Origin: Longivirga aurantiaca
Lineage (GTDB): Bacteria; Actinomycetota; Actinomycetes; S36-B12; CAIYMF01
Reading direction: 5' to 3'
Length of the DNA: 32,000 nucleotides
NCBI RefSeq assembly: GCF_042660085.1
Contig: NZ_JBHSTI010000058.1
Coordinates: 16,665 to 48,664, forward strand
The notes below the pieces were generated by a model. That model was not told where the DNA came from, did no database searches, and saw nothing but the letters and a program-made list of their open reading frames with translations. A program made the translations under genes and the position numbers. Below are positions 8,903-17,503 of this stretch, one piece after another. Position 1 is the first letter of the stretch. Every line of letters begins with the position of its first letter.

Positions 8903-9555
8903 GGGTCGAAGCTGCCGACGCCGTCGATGAGGCCCTGGTACATGTTCGCCAGGTCATCCGGAACGATGTTGGCGACCCCGTCGGTGGTGATCGCGAAGTC
9001 GCGGTCCAGCGTCACGGTGCGGTAGGTCCAGCCCTCCGGGAGGTCGAGGCGGTCTCCGAGCGTGGCCAGCCCGTCCACGGTGAGGTCGGGTGACTTGGCG
9101 TTGGTGTAGGTCTGCATCACCCAGGTGACGTCGTCGGGTGAGCGCAGCAGGTGGACCTGGCGCCCGGCATTGAACTCCCAGACGTTGGTGCGGTGGATCT
9201 GCTGGGGCTGGTACGCAAGGGACGACTGGTCCCGGGTCGGGTCGAAGCCGGCTGGCATGTGCATCTTGGCGAGCAGGTTGAAGTCGACGCCGCCGAGGGT
9301 GGCCGGCTCCCCGACGATGTCGATGGTCAGCGCGTCCATCAGCCAGAAGCGGCGCGGGTTCTTCCACACCAGGTCGCACCCGTACTCGACGCGCAGCTTG
9401 TCGACGTCGATCGCGGCGAACGCCTCGTCCGGGCACGGGCCTCGCCCTGTGGTGTTGTACACAAGAGCGTCGTAGCCACCGTCAGCCTCGGTGAGCAGGA
9501 AGATCTCACCCTGCGGATAGTCGTGCAGGCCCTCGACGCGGATTGTCTCAGTCAT
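8893..9555 (-). CDS. Hypothetical protein (no family recognised)
   Basis: 220-aa ORF with balanced, non-repetitive composition, unlike the Arg/Pro-rich artefact frames. It overlaps the start of the downstream DUF1254/1214 gene, which implies an operon. Confidence 0.7.
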   Translation of the reverse strand: MTETIRVEGLHDYPQGEIFLLTEADGGYDALVYNTTGRGPCPDEAFAAIDVDKLRVEYGCDLVWKNPRRFWLMDALTIDIVGEPATLGGVDFNLLAKMHMPAGFDPTRDQSSLAYQPQQIHRTNVWEFNAGRQVHLLRSPDDVTWVMQTYTNAKSPDLTVDGLATLGDRLDLPEGWTYRTVTLDRDFAITTDGVANIVPDDLANMYQGLIDGVGSFDPWS

Positions 9556-9749
9556 GCCTGAACGCTACGCCGCTCCGTGGAGGCGATGCGCGCTCACGTC
9601 ACGATCCGAGCTCACCGCGATCTGCGCGTTGGGTGACGTGAGGTGCGCGCCATTCCGACTGCTGCTGCGCAACGCGCCATGCGCAGTCGTAGTGTCCGTT
9701 CGGGACGTGCATCCCCGTCCGCAGCTGACCTGAGTGGAGGCGGTGAGCG

Positions 9750-11471
9750 ATGCCCGCGCGAAGCCCGCTGCTGCTCGCATCGCTGCGCGGCTACCGCCGG
9801 CCGTGGTTGACCGCGGACCTGCTGGCCGGGATGTCGGTGTGGGCCGTGCTCGTGCCCGAGTCGCTGGCCTACGCGACCATCGCGGGCGTACCCCCGGTCG
9901 TCGGCTTGTACGCCGCCGTGCCGGCGCTCGTGCTCTACGCAGTGCTCGGGTCCTCCCGACACCTGGTCGTGGCGACCATGTCCGCCACCGCGGCCCTGTC
10001 CGCCAGTGTTGTCGCCGTCTATGCGCGCCCGGGCTCCGGGGACTACGTCGCGATCACGGCGATGCTGGCCATCGTCACGGGCGTGCTCGGCGTTGTCGCC
10101 GGGCTGTGCCGACTGGGGTTCCTCGCCACGTTCATCTCCGAGCCCGTGCTCCGGGGCTTCATCGTCGGTCTTGCGCTGACCATCATCGCCGGGCAGCTGC
10201 CCGCGCTGTTCGGAGTGCCCAAGGAGGCCGGCGACTTCTTCGAGCAGATGGCTGGCCTGCTAAGGCAGCTCGCCCACTCCAACGCCGCGACGCTCGGCGT
10301 CGGGCTCGTCAGCCTCGCAGTTGTGCTCGGCTGCCGGCTCTGGCTGCCACGGCTGCCCGGTTCGCTGATCGCGGTGCTGCTCGGCGTCGCCGCAGTGCCG
10401 CTGCTCGACCTCGTCGACCGCGGCGTGGCGATCGTCGGACCGATCCAGGCCGGTCTTCCCACCCTCGGAATCCCCAGCGGACACGGCCTGGCCGACTACC
10501 TCGGGCTGGTGTCGGCAGCCGCCGGCATCCTGCTCCTCGGCTTCGTCGAGGGCCTCGGACCCGCCAAGGCCTACGCCGCGCGGGAGGGCCTCGAGATCGA
10601 CGCGAACCGCGAGCTGATCGGGGTGGGCGCGGCCAACATCGGCGCCGGGATCACAGCGGGCATGGTCGTGAACGGCACACTGGCCAAGACCGCGGTCAAC
10701 GTCAACGCCGGAGCCAAGAGCCAGGTCTCCGGACTCACGGCCGCCTCGCTGACGATCATCACGCTGCTGTTCCTCACGGGCTTGTTCGAGAACCTGCCCG
10801 AGGCCACCCTCGCCGCCATCGTGATCGCCGCCGTCATCGAGCTGGTGAACATCCCGGCGCTCGTCCGGCTCTACCGCGTCTGGACCGGGCATCTGGGCCG
10901 GATCTACGGCTGGGCCGCCCGCGCCGACTTCATCGCCGCCCTCGCCGCGCTGCTCGGCGTGCTCGTCTTCGACACGCTGCCGGGCCTGTTCATCGGCATC
11001 GTGGTCTCGATCCTGCTGCTGCTCTACCGCGCGTCACGCCCGCAGGTGGCCACCCTTGCGAGCACCGCCACGACCGACGGCCGCGACCACATCTGGGTCG
11101 ATGCCGCACGCCACCCCGACCTCCCCGTCCGCGACGACGTCCTCGTCGTCCGCGTCGAGTCCGGGCTCTTCTTCGCCAATGCCGACAACGTCCGCACCGC
11201 CATCCGGGACCGCATCACGCCCACCACGACGGCTGTCGTCCTCGACGCCTCCACCACCCCGGCCATCGACGTGTCGGCCACCGAGATGCTCGCCCAGCTC
11301 GCCGGCGACCTGCGCCGCGACGGCATCGCACTGCTCATCGCGCACGGGATCGGCCAGGTCCGCGACGTCCTGCGACGTGCTGGTGCCGAGCAGGACGTCC
11401 TTCAAGCCCTGTACGACACCGTCGACGAGGCCGTCGCCGCGGCACCCCCCGAGCGCGTCCCAGGCACGTAG
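9750..11471 (+). CDS. SulP-family anion (sulfate/bicarbonate-type) transporter with C-terminal STAS domain
   Basis: 573 aa. N-terminal SulP signature region (LLAGMSVWAVLVPESLAYATIAGVPPVVGLYAA), multiple TM helices, and a C-terminal STAS-like region (VVRVESGLFFANADNV...VVLDASTTPAIDVSATEML). Confidence 0.9.
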   Translation: MPARSPLLLASLRGYRRPWLTADLLAGMSVWAVLVPESLAYATIAGVPPVVGLYAAVPALVLYAVLGSSRHLVVATMSATAALSASVVAVYARPGSGDYVAITAMLAIVTGVLGVVAGLCRLGFLATFISEPVLRGFIVGLALTIIAGQLPALFGVPKEAGDFFEQMAGLLRQLAHSNAATLGVGLVSLAVVLGCRLWLPRLPGSLIAVLLGVAAVPLLDLVDRGVAIVGPIQAGLPTLGIPSGHGLADYLGLVSAAAGILLLGFVEGLGPAKAYAAREGLEIDANRELIGVGAANIGAGITAGMVVNGTLAKTAVNVNAGAKSQVSGLTAASLTIITLLFLTGLFENLPEATLAAIVIAAVIELVNIPALVRLYRVWTGHLGRIYGWAARADFIAALAALLGVLVFDTLPGLFIGIVVSILLLLYRASRPQVATLASTATTDGRDHIWVDAARHPDLPVRDDVLVVRVESGLFFANADNVRTAIRDRITPTTTAVVLDASTTPAIDVSATEMLAQLAGDLRRDGIALLIAHGIGQVRDVLRRAGAEQDVLQALYDTVDEAVAAAPPERVPGT

Positions 11472-11736
11472 GACGACCGGGTGCCCGTCGACCGTCAGGT
11501 GCAGCGAGGCAGGGACTGTCTCCCGCCACGGTCGGCGGTCATGAGCTCGATGCTCGCAGGCTCGGACGACGGATCCGGGCCGTATCGCCAGCACCGAGCA
11601 CGGAGACACTCGCGCGGGATTGCACCGGACGAGTGCGCGATCGGTGCCGTCGCCGCGGGTGAGGTTCGTGAGCCTTCCTGACGGAGGGCCCGCGACAACC
11701 GGACGTCCCCGACCCGGACGGGACGGGGCTTCGAGC

Positions 11737-11783
11737 GGAGCGGGTGACGGGAATCGAACCCGCACTGTCAGCTTGGGAAGCTG
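11737..11783 (-). other. 3' fragment of tRNA-Gly(CCC) (anticodon arm to acceptor 3' strand), the att junction of the integrated element and not a functional tRNA
   Basis: The minus strand reads CAGC-TTCCCAA-GCTGA-CAGT-GCGGG-TTCGATT-CCCGT-CACCCGC-T-CC. The 26-30 nt where the 5' acceptor strand (GCGGGTG) and D arm should be (11784-11812) are unrelated sequence. Confidence 0.75.
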
Positions 11784-11905
11784 TAGGCAGGCTGGACTTG
11801 TAGGGTGCTGACCTGCAGTTATACACATCTGCGATCCTTGCGTGGGCTACACGTGGGCTAACCTAAGGGCGAGTAGAGGTGCTCGTCAGACCCTGAGGGG
11901 GCGAG

Positions 11906-13111
11906 GTGGCGACAACGGCGGGGGCCGCCAAGCGGAAGAGATCGTCGGCCTTCGGGACGGTAGAGCAACTGCCGTCCGGGAGGTTCCGAGTCCGTTGGCA
12001 AGACGACAACGGACGTCGTGTCACCGCACCGCACACCTTCGCGACCAAGTCGGACGCGCGGCGCTACCTCGCCACGGTGGAGGCCGATCGCATCCGCGGG
12101 ACCCTCGGAGCCCGACGGCAGGTCAGCGAAAACTTGAGCACCTACGGGAGCGCCTGGATCGCACAGAGGCCGCAGATCAAAGACTCCACCCGCCACCAAT
12201 ACGACATCGACTTCCGGCTTCACATCGAGCCGTTGCTCGGCCAGCTTCGCCTCATCGAGATCGACGCGGAGGCTGTGCGCCGCTGGCACGCGGATGAGTC
12301 ACTCAGGCTGCGGGAGGAACTGGCTGGATCGGGACGGTCCGGCGCGGCAACCGTCGCGCGTGCGTACCGGCTGCTCAGGTCCATCCTGCAGACGGCAGTC
12401 GACGACGAGATCCTCGGTCGAAACCCGTGCCGGATCTCAGGCGGCGGAGACGCCCGTTCGACGGAGCGGCCGGTCCTCTCCGCTGAGGAGATCGGGTGGT
12501 TGGCCGAAGCGGTGCCCGGGCGGTACCGAGCCTTCGTGCTCGTCGCTGGTTTCACCGGACTGCGCGCCGGCGAGATTGCGGCTTTGCGCATTGCCGACCT
12601 CAACCTGCGATCCGGCAAGGGGAGCGTCACGGTGAATCGTCGCTTCTATCGCGTCGGAGGTGCCATCACCGTCGACACTCCCAAATCGCGGGTCGGTGCC
12701 CGCGTGGTTGCACTTCCGACCTTCGTCGCCACGGAGCTGCGTGCTCACCTCAATGCCTACAGGCCCAGCGCGGATGGTGCTGATCTGGTCTTTGTCACAG
12801 CCGGAGGCCGCGACGTCATCGACGGCTACTCCCAGGTGCTGCGCCGGGGCCTCAACCGAATCGGCCGCAGCGACGCGCGAGCGCACGACCTCCGTCATTC
12901 GGCGTTGACGTCCGCAGCCGAGCACGGGGCGACCCTGGCAACGCTGATGCAGATGGCCGGGCACTCGACGCCGGCGGCGGCGCAGCGGTACCAGCATGCG
13001 ACGCTCGAGCACGCGCGTCGAGTGGCCGCGGCGATGGACAAATCGGCAGCGGGATTCGTCTCGCGTAGCGGGAGCAAGAGCAAGGCTTCAGGACCCGCCG
13101 ACAGCACCTGA
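11906..13111 (+). CDS. int: Tyrosine recombinase / phage-type integrase
   Basis: 401 aa. N-terminal arm-binding style domain (FGTVEQLPSGRFRVRWQDDNGRRV). Catalytic motifs GLRAGEIAALR (Arg), HDLRHSALT (His-x-x-Arg) and GHSTPAAAQRYQH (Tyr). GTG start preceded by GAGGGGG. Confidence 0.9.
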   Translation: MATTAGAAKRKRSSAFGTVEQLPSGRFRVRWQDDNGRRVTAPHTFATKSDARRYLATVEADRIRGTLGARRQVSENLSTYGSAWIAQRPQIKDSTRHQYDIDFRLHIEPLLGQLRLIEIDAEAVRRWHADESLRLREELAGSGRSGAATVARAYRLLRSILQTAVDDEILGRNPCRISGGGDARSTERPVLSAEEIGWLAEAVPGRYRAFVLVAGFTGLRAGEIAALRIADLNLRSGKGSVTVNRRFYRVGGAITVDTPKSRVGARVVALPTFVATELRAHLNAYRPSADGADLVFVTAGGRDVIDGYSQVLRRGLNRIGRSDARAHDLRHSALTSAAEHGATLATLMQMAGHSTPAAAQRYQHATLEHARRVAAAMDKSAAGFVSRSGSKSKASGPADST

Positions 13112-13333
13112 TGGCTCGACAGTCCCCGCAGCGATGAAGGCGTCCAGATCTCTCCGGTCGATCCTGACGTACCTCCCGATCTTGTAGAACCGGATGCGAC
13201 GCTCGGCGACGAGCCGTCGAACGAATCGCACCGGCGTGCCCAGTGCTAGCGCGGCTGTCTCGACGTCCAGAAGCGCGTCGGACGTCGTCGCATCACGCGC
13301 CCTGGTCTCCACGTTCGGCACGTCGCCTCCCAC
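13088..13333 (-). CDS. xis: Excisionase-family (MerR/HTH_17-like) DNA-binding protein
   Basis: LLDVETAALALGTPVRFVRRLVAERRIRFYKIGRYVRIDRRDLDAFI is the typical excisionase-family HTH pattern. It is convergent with int and the 3' ends overlap by 24 nt. The start may be an internal GTG. Confidence 0.75.
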   Translation of the reverse strand: MGGDVPNVETRARDATTSDALLDVETAALALGTPVRFVRRLVAERRIRFYKIGRYVRIDRRDLDAFIAAGTVEPSGAVGGS

Positions 13334-13679
13334 TCAAGCGGTCTGCATCAAGATGCGCGGTCGAGTGACTCGAGCGGTGACCGACGTGTCCAGATAGCGA
13401 GCCTGGTCGACGAACTTACGGCGGTGCTTGCAGCGCGCGCCGAGGTTCCTAGCAATTCGGCGTTGCGCACGTGCACCCAGCTGCAGAGAACCGCGGTGGC
13501 CACCCACCCAACCTGCGGCCAATTCCCCGCAGGTGGGCGACGGGACCGACCGGCTGTGGCTCGACAGGAGCCCTCGCACATCTTCATGCGACGGCGTGTT
13601 GTCCCCAACCTCGTCCACCGCCGCTGGGTGCGCGCTCGCCGTAGGTGGACTCTTCCCGCTGGCCTAAAGGAGGCATCGC

Positions 13680-14063
13680 ATGACTGCACTGGATTCGTCG
13701 GCTCCAGTTCGGCTCTGGGGGGCTCTGGCGTCCAGCCTGACGGAGCTGTATCGCCGCACGTTGACCGCGTCGGCGATGCGGGACGACACCGAGGCCATCG
13801 TGGTGGCGATCGGCCTGCGGGAGGCGCTGGAACGCATCGCCGACCTGACGGCGCCCGACCCAGGCTCGCCGCTTCCCGTGGCGACCTCCGGCGACTCGAG
13901 CCACGACGCGGGCAGGTGGGTGCGAGGCGGACGAGTGGCGATCACGGAGCTGCTCGCTGTCCCCGTCGTGCATGACGTCGCGCCGACGGACCTGCTTTTG
14001 CTGGCCCGGGTGGCGCACCTGCTAGGGCGGGCGGAGGACGTCCTGGCCGAGGCCGCGGCGTGA
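13680..14063 (+). CDS. Hypothetical protein (island orphan 1)
   Basis: 127 aa. ATG preceded by a strong AAAGGAGG at 13666-13673. The stop overlaps the next start (GTGA at 14060-14063). Confidence 0.6.
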   Translation: MTALDSSAPVRLWGALASSLTELYRRTLTASAMRDDTEAIVVAIGLREALERIADLTAPDPGSPLPVATSGDSSHDAGRWVRGGRVAITELLAVPVVHDVAPTDLLLLARVAHLLGRAEDVLAEAAA

Positions 14064-15442
14064 CAACCCCAGCTTCAGCGGGTGCCACCTACGGGGAGCT
14101 CATGCACGCTGCGACCCGGCATGTCGCGTGGGCGGCGATGACCGTGAGCACCGAACGCTTCTCCGACCGTGCCGCAGCGTTCAGCGCCCTCGACGCTCAT
14201 CGCGCGGTGCTGGTGGCCGCGGGCGGGCATCTGCTGTTCCTGGCTGGCGGGCTGCACCGTGGCGAAGGGCTGGTGTCGGCGCCGGACCAGTCGGACCGGC
14301 CTGCGTTGGCGCTGGCCCGGGCACTGCAATCGCTGCAGGCCCGCGACGTGGCCGACCGAGATCAGGGCCGTGGCGGGCCGGCGCAGTCCTGGGTCGCTGC
14401 CGTGAAGGCATTGGGCGCGGCCCGGGACCTGGTCGCCACACACCGGGATGCCCGGGGCGCGGACCGCACCCCGGACGCTGGCGTCTTGGACGACGGCGCC
14501 GAACGCGCAGCCGGGTACCTGCTGGTCGCCGACCTCGTCGACACGGTCGCCGCTGCAGACCGTGACCTGGCGCTGCGCGCCGCCCAGGCCGGCATCGCAT
14601 GGTCGAAGGTCGAACGCGCGATGCCCGGCCTGACCCGGGTGAGTGAGGCAGTGCGGGTGCTGCGCATGCAGGCCGCCTACCCCGCCTCGGGCGCTGCTCG
14701 CCTCGCCCGCCTCCCCTTGGCCCGGCCGGGCGTCACCTCGCCCACGCCAGCCGGTGCGCTGCTGCAACGCACCGACCGGCTGCGTCTCGGGGCCTGGACG
14801 CTGGCGCGGCATCCGCGGCGCGCCAACGCTGCGGACCTGGTCGAGTACGCCGCAGCAGCGGCCATCCTGCACACCCACCTCGCTGCGCACGCTTCCGCCC
14901 TGGAGGATCCCGCCCTGGCCGGGGCGTGGTCGCAGCAGCGCACGGCTTGGGTCGACCAGCACCGACTGCTCGCCAGGTTCACCAGCGGCACCCCCGCGAC
15001 CCTGGGCTTGCGGGCCGACGTCGCGGCGCTGCCCGCCTCCGCGGCGATCGCCCTTCCTCTGACTCGTGACGCCGCCGGGATTCGCGCCTTCGGCGCGGCG
15101 CAGCTCAGCCCCGCGCTGATGCTGGAGCTATCCGCAGCCTGCACCGATCTCGCGGTCACGAACCAGACGACGCTGCGCGCCCTGCTCGATCGGGACGCTC
15201 TGTTCATTGATGCCCGCTACCTGACCGGCGACCAGGTCACCGACCACACCGACCTGATCGAGGCCAAGATGGCCGGGCGGTACGTCCCCGCCGCTGCAAG
15301 CGACTTGGCGCCCGCCCTCGCCGGCTACACATCGCTCGCCGCAGCCCAGCCCACCGCATCAACCTTCCCGCCGGACAGGGCTCCCGCCGATCGCCTGGCA
15401 GCGACCAGACGCGTCGACCGACCCACCCTCGAGCGCACGTGA
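14060..15442 (+). CDS. Hypothetical Ala-rich protein (island orphan 2)
   Basis: 460 aa, translationally coupled to the preceding ORF. No motif recognised. It is the longest frame here, and the opposing frames are Arg/Pro/Gly-rich artefacts. Confidence 0.6.
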   Translation: MTTPASAGATYGELMHAATRHVAWAAMTVSTERFSDRAAAFSALDAHRAVLVAAGGHLLFLAGGLHRGEGLVSAPDQSDRPALALARALQSLQARDVADRDQGRGGPAQSWVAAVKALGAARDLVATHRDARGADRTPDAGVLDDGAERAAGYLLVADLVDTVAAADRDLALRAAQAGIAWSKVERAMPGLTRVSEAVRVLRMQAAYPASGAARLARLPLARPGVTSPTPAGALLQRTDRLRLGAWTLARHPRRANAADLVEYAAAAAILHTHLAAHASALEDPALAGAWSQQRTAWVDQHRLLARFTSGTPATLGLRADVAALPASAAIALPLTRDAAGIRAFGAAQLSPALMLELSAACTDLAVTNQTTLRALLDRDALFIDARYLTGDQVTDHTDLIEAKMAGRYVPAAASDLAPALAGYTSLAAAQPTASTFPPDRAPADRLAATRRVDRPTLERT

Positions 15443-15472
15443 CCGGCTCGCCGACTTCCGGCGAGCCCGTCA

Positions 15473-15814
15473 CCGACTCCGTCACGAGCACGAACCGACT
15501 CCGTCACGAGCAGGTGCGGACTCCGTCACCGACTCCGTCACCGGCGTCAAGGGCCGCCATCGCCGCAGGTCAGGGCGCTACCGAAGTTCGCGACGGAGTC
15601 CATGACGGAGTCGGCCACCACGCTTGCCACACACCGGATACATCGCAGAGGAGGTCGCCGTGGCTACCCAGCACATCCTCGATGTTGAGCCCCGGTCTGG
15701 CGGTCGCCGGCTCCGACCTGGACTCCGTCATCGACTCCGTCTCGAAACTAATCGGTCGGTCGAGAGGCGGTTCCTTCCTCGGAAGTCGCCCGCGACGGAG
15801 TCCATGACGGACCC
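15473..15814. repeat. Array of at least 10 copies of the 10-bp motif GACTCCGTCA in both orientations (iteron/operator-like)
   Basis: Forward copies: 15475-84, 15497-506, 15519-28, 15531-40, 15721-30, 15733-42 (9/10). Reverse copies (TGACGGAGTC): 15591-600 (9/10), 15603-12, 15793-802 (9/10), 15805-14 (8/10). See findings. Confidence 0.85.
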
Positions 15815-15863
15815 CCTCACAACGCTGGCCCTGCCATCGACCAACCCGATGCAGGAGGACCAC

Positions 15864-16751
15864 ATGACCCCCATCACGACCCTGGATCACGCCCGCCCCG
15901 CGGGTGAGCCCACCGCGGTCCTGGACCGCACCCGCATGAGCCTGCTGGCGTACCTGGACCTCGTCGACGTCCACGGCTGGGATGGCCCTGCCGGCTGCGC
16001 ACTGCTCTCGTACGTCCGCGACACAGTGGTGCGTCCCCAGGTCTCCTACCGCGGTCTGACCGGCCCCGTCGCCGCACAGGCCGAGGCCACTGCATGGACG
16101 ATGACGTGGCGAACGCTGACCTCCCCCCGGATCCGGGATGCCGAGTCGCCCTGGGGGATCCTGTGGTCCGCCGCGCGCCGGGCGATCGAGGACGAGTCGA
16201 TCGCGGCCGCTTACGGCACCCAGCCGCGTAAGGCCTGGCAGCAGCGTGCGAGTCAGCGTCTCGCCGCCCGCAGTTCCGACCCGTGCCTTGTCAGCGTGTC
16301 GCTGCCGCCGTTGAGCTGGGAGCTCCTCTCCGAACATGGGCTGGAGCCCGCATCTAGCGTGGGCGGAGGGACTTGGGCGGCTGGCGACGCGCCGATCCTG
16401 ACCGCGGTGGTCGCGGTCTTGCTCGAGGCCGGTTGGCAGCTGGAGCCGGCCTCACGGGCGCTGCTGTCCGTCGCCGCCCGCAGTCGCCACCGCGGCGGCC
16501 GTCCGCACGTCCTGGGCGGGTACCGCGGGGTCGCAGCCGACGCGACGATCCCCGGCTGGCAGGCGCGCCGACTGGTGCACGTGCTCCTCGGCACCCAGCA
16601 GTGGCCCGGCCTCATTGAACGTCTGGCGGTACGGCCCGACCGGGGAGCGATCGACGCCGTCATGCACGCGGCCCTCCGAGCCACGCTCGACAAGACACTC
16701 ACGAGCCCAGACATGCTCATCCGCAACGCCACCCTTCAGGCCGCGTCGTGA
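15864..16751 (+). CDS. Hypothetical protein (island orphan 3)
   Basis: ATG 15864 is preceded by GGAGGA (15853-15858). The upstream part of the 375-aa ORF (from 15624) overlaps the repeat array and is probably non-coding. Confidence 0.6.
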   Translation: MTPITTLDHARPAGEPTAVLDRTRMSLLAYLDLVDVHGWDGPAGCALLSYVRDTVVRPQVSYRGLTGPVAAQAEATAWTMTWRTLTSPRIRDAESPWGILWSAARRAIEDESIAAAYGTQPRKAWQQRASQRLAARSSDPCLVSVSLPPLSWELLSEHGLEPASSVGGGTWAAGDAPILTAVVAVLLEAGWQLEPASRALLSVAARSRHRGGRPHVLGGYRGVAADATIPGWQARRLVHVLLGTQQWPGLIERLAVRPDRGAIDAVMHAALRATLDKTLTSPDMLIRNATLQAAS

Positions 16752-16930
16752 CCCGGCCCATGAGTCGCGCGGCGACCGGCCGTTCGAGGTCACTCGATCG
16801 AGTACACCCGGAGCGCGCGCTGTCCACAGGTTCCGGCGAACAGGGTGCCGCGCGTCAACGAGAGGGGGTACAAAGAGCGGATCGACGGGGGAACGTCCCG
16901 TCACACCGACGCAGCAAGGCGGTGGTGACG

Positions 16931-17503
16931 ATGATCAGCGGCCATGCCTGCCGCGCGGTGCTCGCAGCGCTACTCGGAGCCTTCGTCCTCGTCGGCTGCA
17001 CCGAAGCCCCGCAGGACCCGCTGCCTACGTCGTCGTCGCCCGGTACGCGACCGTCAGCGTCCTCGACCGCCCCGACGGTGTCGACTACGCCTACCGAGTC
17101 CGTTGAGGCACTCGCCGCTTACGACCGGTTCTGGGCGGCGAAGGTTGCGTCGCAGGCGGATCCGACCAAGCAGCCGCCGAAGGCCTTGCGCGCCAACGCC
17201 ATCGACAAGGCCTTGTCCGATGCTCTCGCGACGGTGCTCCTGCTGCGCCGCAATGGAGTGGAGATGCGCGGGGAGCCCGTTCACGAAACATCCGTGGTCT
17301 CAGTGACGGCTGGGGCGCGACCCGAGGTGGCCATCACGGACTGCCTGGACTCCACTGAATGGCTTCCCGTCGTCGTGGCGACCGGCGAGTCTGCGCTCGC
17401 CCCAGGCCAATCACCGCGCGTCGTTGTCGAGTCGGTGGCGACCATCTTCGATGGGCGCTGGGTCATCAAGACTTCGACTGCGTTCCGGGATCGCTCGTGC
17501 TGA
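16931..17503 (+). CDS. Putative lipoprotein
   Basis: MISGHACRAVLAALLGAFVLVGC has a lipobox (LVGC) and is followed by a Ser/Thr/Pro linker. An alternative coupled GTG start lies at 16748 (GTGA overlap with the upstream stop). Confidence 0.6.
   Translation: MISGHACRAVLAALLGAFVLVGCTEAPQDPLPTSSSPGTRPSASSTAPTVSTTPTESVEALAAYDRFWAAKVASQADPTKQPPKALRANAIDKALSDALATVLLLRRNGVEMRGEPVHETSVVSVTAGARPEVAITDCLDSTEWLPVVVATGESALAPGQSPRVVVESVATIFDGRWVIKTSTAFRDRSC

Noticed and set aside
11737-11812. A complete tRNA-Gly gene on the minus strand.
   Set aside because: Only the anticodon arm, variable loop, T arm and 3' acceptor strand are present. The expected GCGGGTG 5' acceptor strand and D arm are replaced by unrelated sequence, so this is an att fragment and not a gene.
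15439-15807. 122-aa ORF with repeated DSVT/PSPT peptides, and the N-terminal 80 codons of ORF 15624-16751.
   Set aside because: The peptide repeats are simply the translation of the GACTCCGTCA DNA motif array, which occurs in both orientations. A good RBS and ATG at 15864 lie downstream of the array.
15473-15814. CRISPR array.
   Set aside because: The repeats are only 10 bp, occur in both orientations with 12/22-bp spacing, and have no regular repeat-spacer structure. No cas genes are present.
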